This document shows positions 17,523 through 27,186 of a stretch of DNA of 64,000 nucleotides, one piece after another. The stretch spans positions 1-64,000 of the forward strand of contig JBGPFC010000015.1 of the NCBI GenBank assembly GCA_041483195.1, read 5' to 3'. Under the pieces are notes generated by a model that worked only from the letters and a program-made list of their open reading frames with translations, was not told where the DNA came from and made no database searches. A program made the translations under genes and the position numbers. This DNA is from Candidatus Eiseniibacteriota bacterium. GTDB taxonomy: Bacteria > Eisenbacteria > RBG-16-71-46. Numbering within the stretch: the stretch's first letter is position 1; each line of letters starts with the position of its first letter.

Positions 17523-19123
17523 AGGGACGCCTCGCGCTGTGGACGCTGCTGATTCCACTCACCTATCTGCCGCTCTACCTGATGGGGACGCGCCCCGGGC
17601 CCGCCGCGTTCCTGCTGCTCGCGGCTGCGGTGGCGCTCGCGGCGCTCGCGGTGCTGTTCGTGACCCGCACCACGGTGCTCGACCGGATCGAGCCGGCGAT
17701 CGGGCGGCGCGCCCGCCCGACGATCGCGATCGCGATCGTCGCGTACGTCGCGATCGCGGTGCGCGTCGCCCACGCGCGGCTCGTGACGTTCCGCACCTAC
17801 GACCAGGCCGCGCGATTCAGCCAGTGCTGCTGGTCGCTGCTGCACGGTCACGGGTTCGCGAACGCCGCGCAGGCCGTGGATGGAACGCTCGGCCGGCACG
17901 CCGGCATGCATTTCTCGCCGACGCTGTTCCTGTGCGTGCCGTTCTACGCGATCGCGCCCGGCCCGCTGATGCTGCTCGCGATCCAGGCGCTGGCGGTGGC
18001 GCTCACCGTGGTTCCGCTCTACCACCTGCTACGGCGCGACAACCGCGCGAGCGTCGCGCTCGTGCTCTCGCTCGCCGCGCTCGCGATCCCGAGCTTCGGG
18101 TGGGCGGGCGTTCGTGATTTCCACGACGCGAATTTCCTGCCGCCGCTGCTGATCACCGCGGTGTGGGCGATCGAGGCGCGACGGCCCGCGATCCTCGCGA
18201 TCGCGGCGCTGGGCGCGCTCGGCCTGCGCGAGGATCTGGGCATCACGCTGGTGCTGCTCGGGGCATGGGCCCTGTTGCGGGGAGCCGGCGCACGGATCGC
18301 GCTCGGCCTCGCAGCGCTCGGTGCGGCGTGGATGATCGTCGTGATCAAGTTGGTGATGCCGCGCTTCGGGCCGGCCGGGTCGTGGATCGATGCCACGGGA
18401 TCGTTCGCCGACGCGCTGGGCCAATGGGGCGCGACGCCGGGGGCGGCCGCCCGAGCCATGCTCTCGCACCCGATCGCCTTCGCGCACGCGCTCTTCAACG
18501 GGCAGAGCATCCGCTACCTCTACGATCTGCTGAGCCCGCTGCTGATGCTCCCGCCGTTCGGCGATCCGATCTTCCTGGTCGGCATGCCGGGGCTCTCGGT
18601 CCTTCTGCTCTCGCGGCTCGGATTCATGCGCTTCGCGGCGCAGTCCCATTCCGTGGTGCCGCTCACGTTCTTCGCGCTCGCCGCGTTGCGCACCGCGACC
18701 CGCACCATTTCTCACGCACCGCTCGCGCGGCGCCCGGCCCACGGCCTCGCGCTCGGAACGGTCATGCTGTGCGGCGCGCTCCCCGCGCTTCCGCTCTCCT
18801 CCGGCGATTTCCCGTACCCGGTGCCGCCGCTCGCGGCGGCGCGCGCGGCGTGCGAGCTGATTCCCGAGGGCGCGGCGGTCTACGCGCCGATCTCGTTCTA
18901 CCCGACGCTCGGAGACCGTGAACGCTTCGGCTGCTGGGAGCACCTCGGCGAGCGGGGGCGCGAGCCGGAGGTGCGCGGGAGCTACGACTACATCGTGCTG
19001 TGGCCCGACGCCGATCCGGCCGCCGAGCCGCACGACCGGCCGCTGGCGGATTCGCTCGCCACCGACCCGCGCTTCCGGGCGGTCGCGGGATACGATCCGC
19101 TGCGCGTCTTCGTGCGGAGGTGA
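17519..19123 (+). CDS. DUF2079 (GT-C-like) membrane protein
   Basis: TYD, HFSP, LLAIQAL, DFH, LRED motifs; multiple TM helices. Confidence 0.82.
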   Translation: MKGRLALWTLLIPLTYLPLYLMGTRPGPAAFLLLAAAVALAALAVLFVTRTTVLDRIEPAIGRRARPTIAIAIVAYVAIAVRVAHARLVTFRTYDQAARFSQCCWSLLHGHGFANAAQAVDGTLGRHAGMHFSPTLFLCVPFYAIAPGPLMLLAIQALAVALTVVPLYHLLRRDNRASVALVLSLAALAIPSFGWAGVRDFHDANFLPPLLITAVWAIEARRPAILAIAALGALGLREDLGITLVLLGAWALLRGAGARIALGLAALGAAWMIVVIKLVMPRFGPAGSWIDATGSFADALGQWGATPGAAARAMLSHPIAFAHALFNGQSIRYLYDLLSPLLMLPPFGDPIFLVGMPGLSVLLLSRLGFMRFAAQSHSVVPLTFFALAALRTATRTISHAPLARRPAHGLALGTVMLCGALPALPLSSGDFPYPVPPLAAARAACELIPEGAAVYAPISFYPTLGDRERFGCWEHLGERGREPEVRGSYDYIVLWPDADPAAEPHDRPLADSLATDPRFRAVAGYDPLRVFVRR

Positions 19124-19140
19124 GCGTCGCGCGCCGCGGC

Positions 19141-19170
19141 TTGACTTGGGCTTTCGTGGGTCACTAGACT
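19141..19170 (+). promoter_or_regulatory. Sigma70-type promoter of galT-glgA
   Basis: TTGACT-N18-TAGACT. Confidence 0.65.
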
Positions 19171-19239
19171 CCATCGCCTTTCCGCGATGCGGGTGCTTCA
19201 GGGCCCGCTTTCGCGCAGTCCCACCCGCCGAGGAGTCTC

Positions 19240-20253
19240 ATGCCCGAGCTTCGGAAGGATCCGGTGGTCGGGCGCTGGGTGATCATCTCCACCGAGCGCA
19301 GCCGTCGCCCGACCAACTTCACGCCGTCTCCCATCGAGAAATCCGCTCATTTCTGCCCGTTCTGCCCGGGCAGCGAGGACAAGACGCCGCCCGAGGTCTA
19401 CGCCCATCGCGAGGGCGGCGGCGCCCCGAACACCGGGGGCTGGCTGGTGCGCGTCGTTCCCAACAAGTTCCCGGCGCTCCAGATCGAAGGCACCATCGAC
19501 CGCCGGGGCGAGGGCCTCTACGACAAGATGAACGGGATCGGGGCCCACGAGGTCGTGATCGAGGGGCCGGGGCACGATCAGGATCTCGCCGACCTTCCGG
19601 CGGAGCACATCCAACAGGTCTTGATCGCCTACCGCGAGCGCGCGCTCGACCTGCATCGCGATCGGCGGTTCCGCTACGTGCTCATCTTCAAGAACCACGG
19701 TCACCAGGCCGGGGCCACGCTCGAGCACACGCACACCCAGCTGATCGCGACGCCGATCGTGCCCAAGATCCTCCAGGAGGAACTCGACGGCGCGCGGCGC
19801 TACTTCGAGCTCAAGGAGCGCTGCGTGTTCTGCGACATCATCGCGCAGGAAACCGGCGAGAACAACGGGCGGCGCGTGGTGAGCATGACCGACCACTTCC
19901 TGGTGGTGGAGCCGTTCGCGCCGCGCTTTCCGTTCGAGACCTGGATCCTGCCCCGGCGCCACGACGGCTCGTTCCACATGCTGTCCGACAACGCGGAGCT
20001 GCTCGACCTGGCGTCCGCTCTCAAGGACACCCTGCAGCGGCTGAACCGCGCGCTCGACCGGCCGGCGTTCAACCTCGTCGTGCATACCGCGCCGGTCGCC
20101 GAGGGCGACGTCGCGTACTACCACTGGCATCTCGAGATCACGCCGACGCTCACCCGCGTCGCGGGCTTCGAGATCGGCTCGGGTTTCTACATCAATCCCA
20201 CCCCGCCCGAAGACGCGGCGCAGTACCTCCGCGAGATCGTGGTCGAGGCCTGA
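19240..20253 (+). CDS. galT: Galactose-1-phosphate uridylyltransferase family (HIT) protein
   Basis: ELRKDP..GRWVI, CPFCPG, VVPNKFPAL, FKNHG..AGATLEHTHTQ, HWHLEI. Confidence 0.9.
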   Translation: MPELRKDPVVGRWVIISTERSRRPTNFTPSPIEKSAHFCPFCPGSEDKTPPEVYAHREGGGAPNTGGWLVRVVPNKFPALQIEGTIDRRGEGLYDKMNGIGAHEVVIEGPGHDQDLADLPAEHIQQVLIAYRERALDLHRDRRFRYVLIFKNHGHQAGATLEHTHTQLIATPIVPKILQEELDGARRYFELKERCVFCDIIAQETGENNGRRVVSMTDHFLVVEPFAPRFPFETWILPRRHDGSFHMLSDNAELLDLASALKDTLQRLNRALDRPAFNLVVHTAPVAEGDVAYYHWHLEITPTLTRVAGFEIGSGFYINPTPPEDAAQYLREIVVEA

Positions 20254-20272
20254 CGCGGCCCCCGAATCGCAG

Positions 20273-21835
20273 ATGAGCGCCCGGCGTTACTCGGTCGTGC
20301 ACGTCGCGAGCGAGATGGCGCCGCTGGTCAAGGTCGGCGGCCTCGCCGACGTCGTGGGCTCGCTCGCGGCCGAACAGGCGCGGCGCGGTCACCGCGTGAC
20401 GGTCGCGCTCCCGGCCTACCAGGCCGTCACGCTGCCCACGGGCTGGACGCGGCGCGCGCTCGCGAGTGCCGCGGTGCCCTGGGGCGTCGCGCGCGAGCCC
20501 GCGCGCTTCGATCTGGTGGAGCCGGGAGACGGCGGACCGCGCGTGCTGCTGGTCAGCCACGAAGGCGAGCGGCGGTTCTTCGACCGCCCGGGCGTCTACG
20601 ACGATCCGCGCACCGGCGAGGGCTATCCCGACAACGCCGAGCGCTTCCTGTTCTTCTCGCGTGCGGCGGTCGAGGGCCTCAAGGCGCTCGGTGAACGTTT
20701 CGACATCCTGCACGCGCACGATCACCAGGCCGCGTGGACGGTGTGCTTCGTGCGCACCCACGATGCGTTCGAGACGGCGTTCTCGTCGATCGCGACCATC
20801 TTCACCATTCACAATCTGGGTTATCAGGGCATCCACGACTCGTGGGTGCTGGCGCTCGCCGGCTTCGGCGGCGAGCTGTTCTACCCATCGAGTCCGTTCG
20901 AGTACTGGGGCCGGGTGAACGACATGAAGGTCGGGCTTTCGTTCGCCGACCTGCTCAGCACCGTGAGCCCGCGTTACGCGCGCGAGATCCAGACCAACGG
21001 CGAGTTCGGATTCGGTCTCGAAGGCGTCCTCGCCCGTCGCGGCGCCGACCTGCGCGGCCTGCTGAACGGGATCGACGACGTGGAATGGGATCCGGCGCGC
21101 GATCCGCACCTGCCGCGCCGTTACGACGCGGCGCACCTCGAGGGCAAGCGGGTGAATCGCGATGCGCTGATCGCGGAGTGCGGGTTCGCCGTCGATCCCG
21201 ACTGGTCGCTGGTCGGGATGGTGTCGCGGCTCGCCGAGCAGAAGGGTCTGGACCTCATCTCCCAGGCCGAGGCCGAATTGATGAAGCTCGACGCGCGGTT
21301 CGTGGTGCTCGGGTCCGGGCAGCCCAATTACCAGACGCTCATGCGGCGGCTCGCGCGCCAGCACCCGGGCCGCGTCTACTACCGGGCCGGCCACGACGAG
21401 CGCTTCGCCCACCTGATCGAAGCGGGATGCGATCTCTACCTCATGCCCTCGCGCTACGAGCCGTGCGGGCTGAACCAGATGTACAGCCTGCGCTACGGCA
21501 CGGTGCCGGTGGTGCGCGCGGTGGGCGGGCTCGCGGACACGGTCGAGGAATTCGATCCGATCGCGGGGCTGGGAACCGGGTTCCTGTTCCAGCGCTATGA
21601 AGGCGCGGAGCTGGTGACCGCGTTGCGCAAGGCGCTCTCCATCCATCGCCAGCCGATGCTGTGGAGGGCGCTCCAGGCGCGTGGCATGGCGCGCGACTTC
21701 TCGTGGAGGGTGAGCGCCGACGGCTACGATCGTCTCTACGCCGAGGCGCGGGAGCGGGTGGCCTCGGGCAGGGTGCCGTCGCTCGAATCCGTGCGCGAGA
21801 TGCTCGAGATCGACCCGCGCCCCGGAGCGCGCTGA
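20273..21835 (+). CDS. glgA: Glycogen synthase
   Basis: KVGGLADV, TIHNLGYQG, TVSPRYARE, PSRYEPCGLNQMYSLRYGT. Confidence 0.96.
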   Translation: MSARRYSVVHVASEMAPLVKVGGLADVVGSLAAEQARRGHRVTVALPAYQAVTLPTGWTRRALASAAVPWGVAREPARFDLVEPGDGGPRVLLVSHEGERRFFDRPGVYDDPRTGEGYPDNAERFLFFSRAAVEGLKALGERFDILHAHDHQAAWTVCFVRTHDAFETAFSSIATIFTIHNLGYQGIHDSWVLALAGFGGELFYPSSPFEYWGRVNDMKVGLSFADLLSTVSPRYAREIQTNGEFGFGLEGVLARRGADLRGLLNGIDDVEWDPARDPHLPRRYDAAHLEGKRVNRDALIAECGFAVDPDWSLVGMVSRLAEQKGLDLISQAEAELMKLDARFVVLGSGQPNYQTLMRRLARQHPGRVYYRAGHDERFAHLIEAGCDLYLMPSRYEPCGLNQMYSLRYGTVPVVRAVGGLADTVEEFDPIAGLGTGFLFQRYEGAELVTALRKALSIHRQPMLWRALQARGMARDFSWRVSADGYDRLYAEARERVASGRVPSLESVREMLEIDPRPGAR

Positions 21836-21875
21836 GCGCCCCGCGATTCGCGGGACTCCGCGCACGCCGCGTGGC

Positions 21876-23579
21876 TCACGGCGCCGTCGCGGGCGAGCCG
21901 TCCAGCCGGAACACTCGAATGACCGGCCCGCGCCGCAGCCAGCGCACGGGGCGGAACTCCGCGGCCAGCGGCGCTTCGCGTTCGAGCGCGAGATAGTACG
22001 CGAGCCCGCTCGAATCCCCGCGCGCGGCGCGTGCCTGCTGGAGGTGCACGGCGTCCTCACTCACGATCGCCCAGCGGAATCCATCCCGCCGGTACTCGGC
22101 GGGCGACCGCGCGGAGTCTCCCATGGCGGTGCTCCACAGGTAATAGGCCGGCCTGCGCGGATGTTCGAGCTGGAACCGGTAGTACTCGGCGTAAACCGCG
22201 CTGTGGCCGGCGCCGGCCAGTCCGCGGCCGACCTCGGCGAGCCGCTCCTCGAGGCGCGCGCGATTCTCCGAGAGTGGGGGGCTCGCGCTGTTCCAGAAGC
22301 GCGTCATGTCGATCACCACACGGTCGTCTGGCGCGGCGTGGGACTCGAACCAGCGCTTCGCCTCGATGCGGGTGTCGTCGCGCGTCATCGTGAGATCGGT
22401 CTCGACCAGCTCGAGCGCGCTTGGCAGACACAGCGCGAGCACGCACGCCGGCACCGCCCACGCGTGCGCGGATTCGCCGAGCCGGACGCGCGCGAGCAGC
22501 TCGGACGCGCCGCGCGCCACCAGCAGCATGGCGACCGGGACCAGCGGGATGGCATAGCGGTCGTTGAGGACGCTCACGCGGCTCGCGGCCAGCACGTAAG
22601 CTGCGGCGAAGGCCAGCAGCAGCACGTCGGCGCGCCGCCGCCGGACCAGCGCGAGGCCGGCGCCCAGCGCAGCGGCCACCGCGAGCGGCACGTGGAGCGC
22701 CGGCAGCAGGCACCGATAGTAAAAGGCCACGATCCCCTCGGGGATGCCCTGCGTGACGCCCGCGAGCCGGCCCTCCGCCTTGGCGGCCATCCAGCTGAGG
22801 TCGGCGCGGAACGTGCGGAAATCCAGCACGACGTATGGGCACAGCACCAGGAACGTGGCGGCGGCGAGGCCCGCCGCGAGCAGCCCGTGCCGCAGCCAGC
22901 GGGCCCCACCCGCGGGCCGGGGATCGAGCGCGCGGTAGAGCACCGCGATCGCGAGCGGCACGCCCAGCAGCGCGGCGTGATATTGGGCCGACATGCCGAT
23001 CCCGGCCGCGATCGCGCCAACGTAGAGATCGCGCGGCGCTCCTTCCTTCGCCACGCGCAGCGCCATCCAGAGCCCGAAGACCGTGAAGGCGGTCATCGCC
23101 GTCACGGGATGGGCGAGGTGTGAGTAGTGTGCGTGCATCGCGTTGAGCGCGAGCCCCGCCGCCGCGGCCACGCCGACCGGGACCGAATACGCCGCCCTCC
23201 CCAGCGCGAACGCCAGCCACACCGTCCACGTCCCCAGCGCCACGCTCTCGAAGCGCGCGAGCAGGTAGAAGGCGGACGGATCGCGGAAGTAGGCCGCGGC
23301 GAATGCCTGCTTTCCGCGCCACCAGCCCGCCGCGAATCCGGCCACGTAGAGCGCGGCGTACGCCGCGAGCGCGAGGTAGAGGAGCAGCGTGCCGGGCCAG
23401 ATGAAGAAGTGGGGATTCAGGTCGCCGCTCCCCATCCGCAGCGCGCGCAGCACGACTTGAGGCTCGTCGTGAAAGTAGAAGAGCCACGGCAGCCCGTAGT
23501 GAATGCCCCAGATCCGCGCGAGCACCGCGACCGCGAGCACCGCGACGAGCGCGCGCGGGATCGCGCGCGGAGCGGTCAC
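21876..23579 (-). CDS. GT39/ArnT-like (GT-C) membrane glycosyltransferase
   Basis: RIWGIHYGLP..FHDEP, LNPHFF, multiple TM helices, DTRIEAKRW soluble domain; GTGA overlap. Confidence 0.85.
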   Translation of the reverse strand: MTAPRAIPRALVAVLAVAVLARIWGIHYGLPWLFYFHDEPQVVLRALRMGSGDLNPHFFIWPGTLLLYLALAAYAALYVAGFAAGWWRGKQAFAAAYFRDPSAFYLLARFESVALGTWTVWLAFALGRAAYSVPVGVAAAAGLALNAMHAHYSHLAHPVTAMTAFTVFGLWMALRVAKEGAPRDLYVGAIAAGIGMSAQYHAALLGVPLAIAVLYRALDPRPAGGARWLRHGLLAAGLAAATFLVLCPYVVLDFRTFRADLSWMAAKAEGRLAGVTQGIPEGIVAFYYRCLLPALHVPLAVAAALGAGLALVRRRRADVLLLAFAAAYVLAASRVSVLNDRYAIPLVPVAMLLVARGASELLARVRLGESAHAWAVPACVLALCLPSALELVETDLTMTRDDTRIEAKRWFESHAAPDDRVVIDMTRFWNSASPPLSENRARLEERLAEVGRGLAGAGHSAVYAEYYRFQLEHPRRPAYYLWSTAMGDSARSPAEYRRDGFRWAIVSEDAVHLQQARAARGDSSGLAYYLALEREAPLAAEFRPVRWLRRGPVIRVFRLDGSPATAP

Positions 23580-24817
23580 CGCGGGGCCCGGGCCCAGCGC
23601 GACAGCACCCACGCCCAGCCGAACCCGGCCATCCACAGCAGGCAGGGCTCGACCGCCAGCCGATACCGCATGGCGGAATAGAAGAAGGCGCCGCCGAGGG
23701 AGTAGGTCGCGAGCGCGCCGGCCAGCGGCCACAGCGCCGGGACCTTCGCGATGCGGGCCAGCGCCATCAGCGCGCCGGCGAAGATGATAACGCTCGCGAG
23801 TCCCTGAGCCGCCCGGCTCCACGGATTGACGTACAGCTGCGTGTGGGTCTCCGGCCACAGCGCGAACAGAATCCCGAGCTCGCCGACGTAGAGCTGCGCC
23901 GCCCGGCCGGGATTTTCGCGCATGAAGCGCAAGCCTTCGTGGTAGAGGAATCGTTCGCGGGCGGGCTCGTTCGGGAGCCGATCGACGGTCGCGGCCGTCC
24001 TCGAGTCGAACTTCGGCATGATGCGCGTCTCGGTCCTGGCCCCCGGGCTGTTGCCCAGCCAGAACGCGCGCCCGCCGCCCGTGGCGACGAAGTACCACTG
24101 CCCGAACACCCGATGATTGCGCAGCGTCCACGGCGCCAGCGTCAGCGCGAAGGCGGCCGCGCACACCAGCGCCGGCCCGAGCCAGGCGCGCCGCTCGCGT
24201 CGCATGGCGAGCGCGAGCCCGGCCGCGAGTCCCGGCACCATCATCACCGCGTTGGGGCGGATCAGCGTCGCGACGCCGAACCACAGGCCACCCGCGGCCC
24301 AGCGCCACAGTCCGCCGCGCCGCCAGGCCGCGAACAGCGCGCCGAAGGCGAGCGCCGTCGCCACCAGCAGGGTGTTCTCCGAGTACTGCGTCGACGGGAG
24401 AAACGCCAGCACCGGGTGGAGCGCGGCGAAGCCGCCGCAAATCAGTCCGGCCGTGCGTCCGAAGGCCCGCGCCCCGATCCCGCCCATCAGTCCCACCGCG
24501 AGCGCGCCGAGCACGGCCTCCGTGAGGCGCAGCGCCAGCAGATTCCGGCCGAACACCGCGTACACCGCGGCGATCAGGGTGGGGTAGCCAGGGGCCCGCA
24601 GCGTCTGCAGCCCATAGCTACCGTGCTCGACCAGCGAGCGGCCGATCTGCTCGTACTCGACCCCGTCCGCCCACAGGATGCGCGGCGGCGAGATCGCCAC
24701 GAACGCGAGGCGTGCGAGCAGCGCGACGGCCACGATCCCGATCCACGGGGCGCGCGCCCTCCAGTCGGCCGGCGCGGGACGCGTGGCCGGTGCGTCGCCC
24801 GCCTCGACTCCGCTCAT
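23576..24817 (-). CDS. GT39/ArnT-like (GT-C) membrane glycosyltransferase
   Basis: DGVEY, RAPGYP, SE, LIRP, PWTLRN, FWLGN, RYR motifs. Confidence 0.85.
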   Translation of the reverse strand: MSGVEAGDAPATRPAPADWRARAPWIGIVAVALLARLAFVAISPPRILWADGVEYEQIGRSLVEHGSYGLQTLRAPGYPTLIAAVYAVFGRNLLALRLTEAVLGALAVGLMGGIGARAFGRTAGLICGGFAALHPVLAFLPSTQYSENTLLVATALAFGALFAAWRRGGLWRWAAGGLWFGVATLIRPNAVMMVPGLAAGLALAMRRERRAWLGPALVCAAAFALTLAPWTLRNHRVFGQWYFVATGGGRAFWLGNSPGARTETRIMPKFDSRTAATVDRLPNEPARERFLYHEGLRFMRENPGRAAQLYVGELGILFALWPETHTQLYVNPWSRAAQGLASVIIFAGALMALARIAKVPALWPLAGALATYSLGGAFFYSAMRYRLAVEPCLLWMAGFGWAWVLSRWARAPR

Positions 24818-25056
24818 CGCCACGAGATCGATCTTCGGAAACGCGCCACGAGCTCCACCCCCGATCGAGCGGCGCGCGGCTCATCGGACGCATTCCCGGA
24901 ACAGCCGGCAGCCCCGGCCTCCCCCTCGCACCGCGCGCGGCCGCATAACCTACACCGGGAACCGGTCGGTTCCCAGTGCCGACCGGCGCGGCAAGGCCGA
25001 CCGGGCCGCCGCGGCGGTAGTCGAGCGGGGCCCGAACAATGTAACCTGCGCCCTTC

Positions 25057-26889
25057 ATGACACCCGAAGATCCACAGCCTCGACGGGGACGCGTGGCAAC
25101 CGCCCTGCACCGGGTCGAGGGCGGAGTGCTGGTCGCGGCGTTCCTGCTCTCCATGATCCTGCCGCTGATCGACGCGATCGGCCGGCCGCTCGGAGGCTTC
25201 TTCGTCCCGGGCGCTGAAACCTATCGCGCCCAGCTCACGCTGTGGCTCGCGTTCGTCGGCGGCCTGCTCGCGACGCGCGAGGGCAAGCACCTCACGCTCT
25301 CGACCGCCGAGGCGATTGGCGCGGCGAAGGTTCGGAACGCCGCCCGGCTCTTCTCGTCTTCGGTGGCCGCCGCGGTCTGCGCCGTGCTCGCCTATTCCGC
25401 GTTCGGCGTGGTGGCCGCCGACCGCCAGCAGGGCCAGATGCTTTCGATCGGCATTCCCGCCTGGGCGAGCGAATGCATCATGCCGGTGGCGCTGGCGCTG
25501 ATCGCGGTGCGCATTGCGTGGGGCGCTTCGGAGCGCTGGCGGGGACGCGCGGTGGCCTTCGGCGCGATGGCGATCGCCTTCGGCGTGGGGATCATTCCCT
25601 CGGCGGGACATGCGCTCTACCTGCCGCTCCTCGCCGTGATCGTCCTCGCCGCCCTGGTCGGCGCCCCGGTGTTTCTCGCGATGGGCGGGGTCGCCATCGT
25701 GCTGTTCTTCAAGGACGGCGTGCCGGTCTCGGCGGTGACGGCGGAGATCTATCGGCTGATGGTCTCGCCAACGCTTCCGGCCATTCCCCTGCTCACGGCC
25801 TGCGGCTACGTCCTGGCGGAGTCGAACGCGTCGCAGCGGCTCGTGCGTTTCTTTCGCGCGCTGTTCGGCTGGATGCCGGGCGGGGTCGCGGTCCTGGTGG
25901 CGGCCGTGTGCGCCCTGTTCACCACCTTCACCGGCGGCTCCGGCGTCACGATCATGGCGCTCGGGGGCCTGCTCTATCCGATCCTGCTCGAGGACGGCTA
26001 TCCGGAGGGATTCTCGCTGGGCCTCGTGACCGCATCGGGGAGTCTGGGCCTGCTCTTTCCGCCCAGCCTACCCGTCATCCTCTATGCGATCGTCGCCAAC
26101 GTTCCGGCCGATTCGCTGTACCTCGCCGGGCTCGTGCCGGGGACGCTGCTGGTCGTGATCGTCGCGTTGTATGGAATGCGAGCCGGGCGGAAGGCGAAGA
26201 CACCGCGACAGGCATTCTCATTCCGTGAAACCCTCCTCGCGGGCTGGGGCGCGAAGTGGGAGCTGTCCGTGCCGATCCTGGTCATCGTGTTGTTCAGCAC
26301 CGGCCTCGCGACGATGGTCGAGGCCGCGGCGGTGGCGTTCGCCTACGCGATCGTGGTCGAGTGCTTCATCATGCGCGACATCCACCCCGTGCGGCGCCTG
26401 CCGGGGGTGCTCCTCAAGGCGGGCGTCCTGTGCGGGGCCGTGCTCATCCTGCTGTCGAGCGCCCTCGGCCTGACCAGCTGGCTCGTCGATGCCCAGATCC
26501 CATCCGCGCTGCTGTCGGCGGTGAAGACTCACATCACGTCGCCGCACGTGTTCCTGCTGATCCTCAACGTCGTGCTGCTCGTGCTCGGCAGCGTGCTGGA
26601 GATCTACTCCGCGATCGTGATCCTCGCGCCGCTGGTGGCGCCGATCGGGGCCGCGTTCGGCATCAATCCCATCCACCTCGGGATCGTCTTCCTCGCGAAC
26701 CTGGAGCTCGGCTTTCTGTTCCCGCCGGTGGGCCTCAACCTGTTCCTGTCGGCTTCGCGCTTCAAGAAGCCGTTGCCGGAGCTCTACCGCCACGTGGTGC
26801 CGTTCCTCATCATTCTCGGCGCCGGAGTGCTCATGATCACGTACCTGCCGCAGATGTCGATCGGCATCCTGAGGCTGTTCGGCCGGTAG
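25057..26889 (+). CDS. TRAP transporter, fused small+large permease (DctQ-DctM)
   Basis: N-terminal 4-TM DctQ-like part; DctM motifs AIPL, FTGGSG, GSLGLLFPPS, GINPIHLG, PPVGLNLF. Confidence 0.9.
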   Translation: MTPEDPQPRRGRVATALHRVEGGVLVAAFLLSMILPLIDAIGRPLGGFFVPGAETYRAQLTLWLAFVGGLLATREGKHLTLSTAEAIGAAKVRNAARLFSSSVAAAVCAVLAYSAFGVVAADRQQGQMLSIGIPAWASECIMPVALALIAVRIAWGASERWRGRAVAFGAMAIAFGVGIIPSAGHALYLPLLAVIVLAALVGAPVFLAMGGVAIVLFFKDGVPVSAVTAEIYRLMVSPTLPAIPLLTACGYVLAESNASQRLVRFFRALFGWMPGGVAVLVAAVCALFTTFTGGSGVTIMALGGLLYPILLEDGYPEGFSLGLVTASGSLGLLFPPSLPVILYAIVANVPADSLYLAGLVPGTLLVVIVALYGMRAGRKAKTPRQAFSFRETLLAGWGAKWELSVPILVIVLFSTGLATMVEAAAVAFAYAIVVECFIMRDIHPVRRLPGVLLKAGVLCGAVLILLSSALGLTSWLVDAQIPSALLSAVKTHITSPHVFLLILNVVLLVLGSVLEIYSAIVILAPLVAPIGAAFGINPIHLGIVFLANLELGFLFPPVGLNLFLSASRFKKPLPELYRHVVPFLIILGAGVLMITYLPQMSIGILRLFGR

Positions 26890-26900
26890 GCCTCGCGCCG

Positions 26901-27161
26901 CTAGCCCGTTCCCCGCACCCGATCCACCAGCGCGCCGATCGAGCGCACGCTCTCGAAGTGGTCGGGCAGCACCTCGGCGTCGGGAATCGCGATGCCGAAG
27001 TGCTCCTCGCAGAACGTCACGATCTTCAGGATCGATAGCGAATCGAGCAGGCCGCGCTCGATGAGCGATTCTTCGGGCTTCAGGTCCTGGAGGTCACGAT
27101 CGTAGAACACTTCCGACAGCAGGAACTCACGGACCGCGGCTTCGGTGGCGCTCGGGCTCAT
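26901..27161 (-). CDS. Acyl/peptidyl carrier protein (PltL/PigG/DltC-like)
   Basis: 86 aa acidic protein; GLLDSL phosphopantetheine site; EEHFGIAIPDAEVLPDHFES. Confidence 0.92.
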   Translation of the reverse strand: MSPSATEAAVREFLLSEVFYDRDLQDLKPEESLIERGLLDSLSILKIVTFCEEHFGIAIPDAEVLPDHFESVRSIGALVDRVRGTG

Positions 27162-27186
27162 CGGGAGGATCTCCCAAGGTTTGGAA

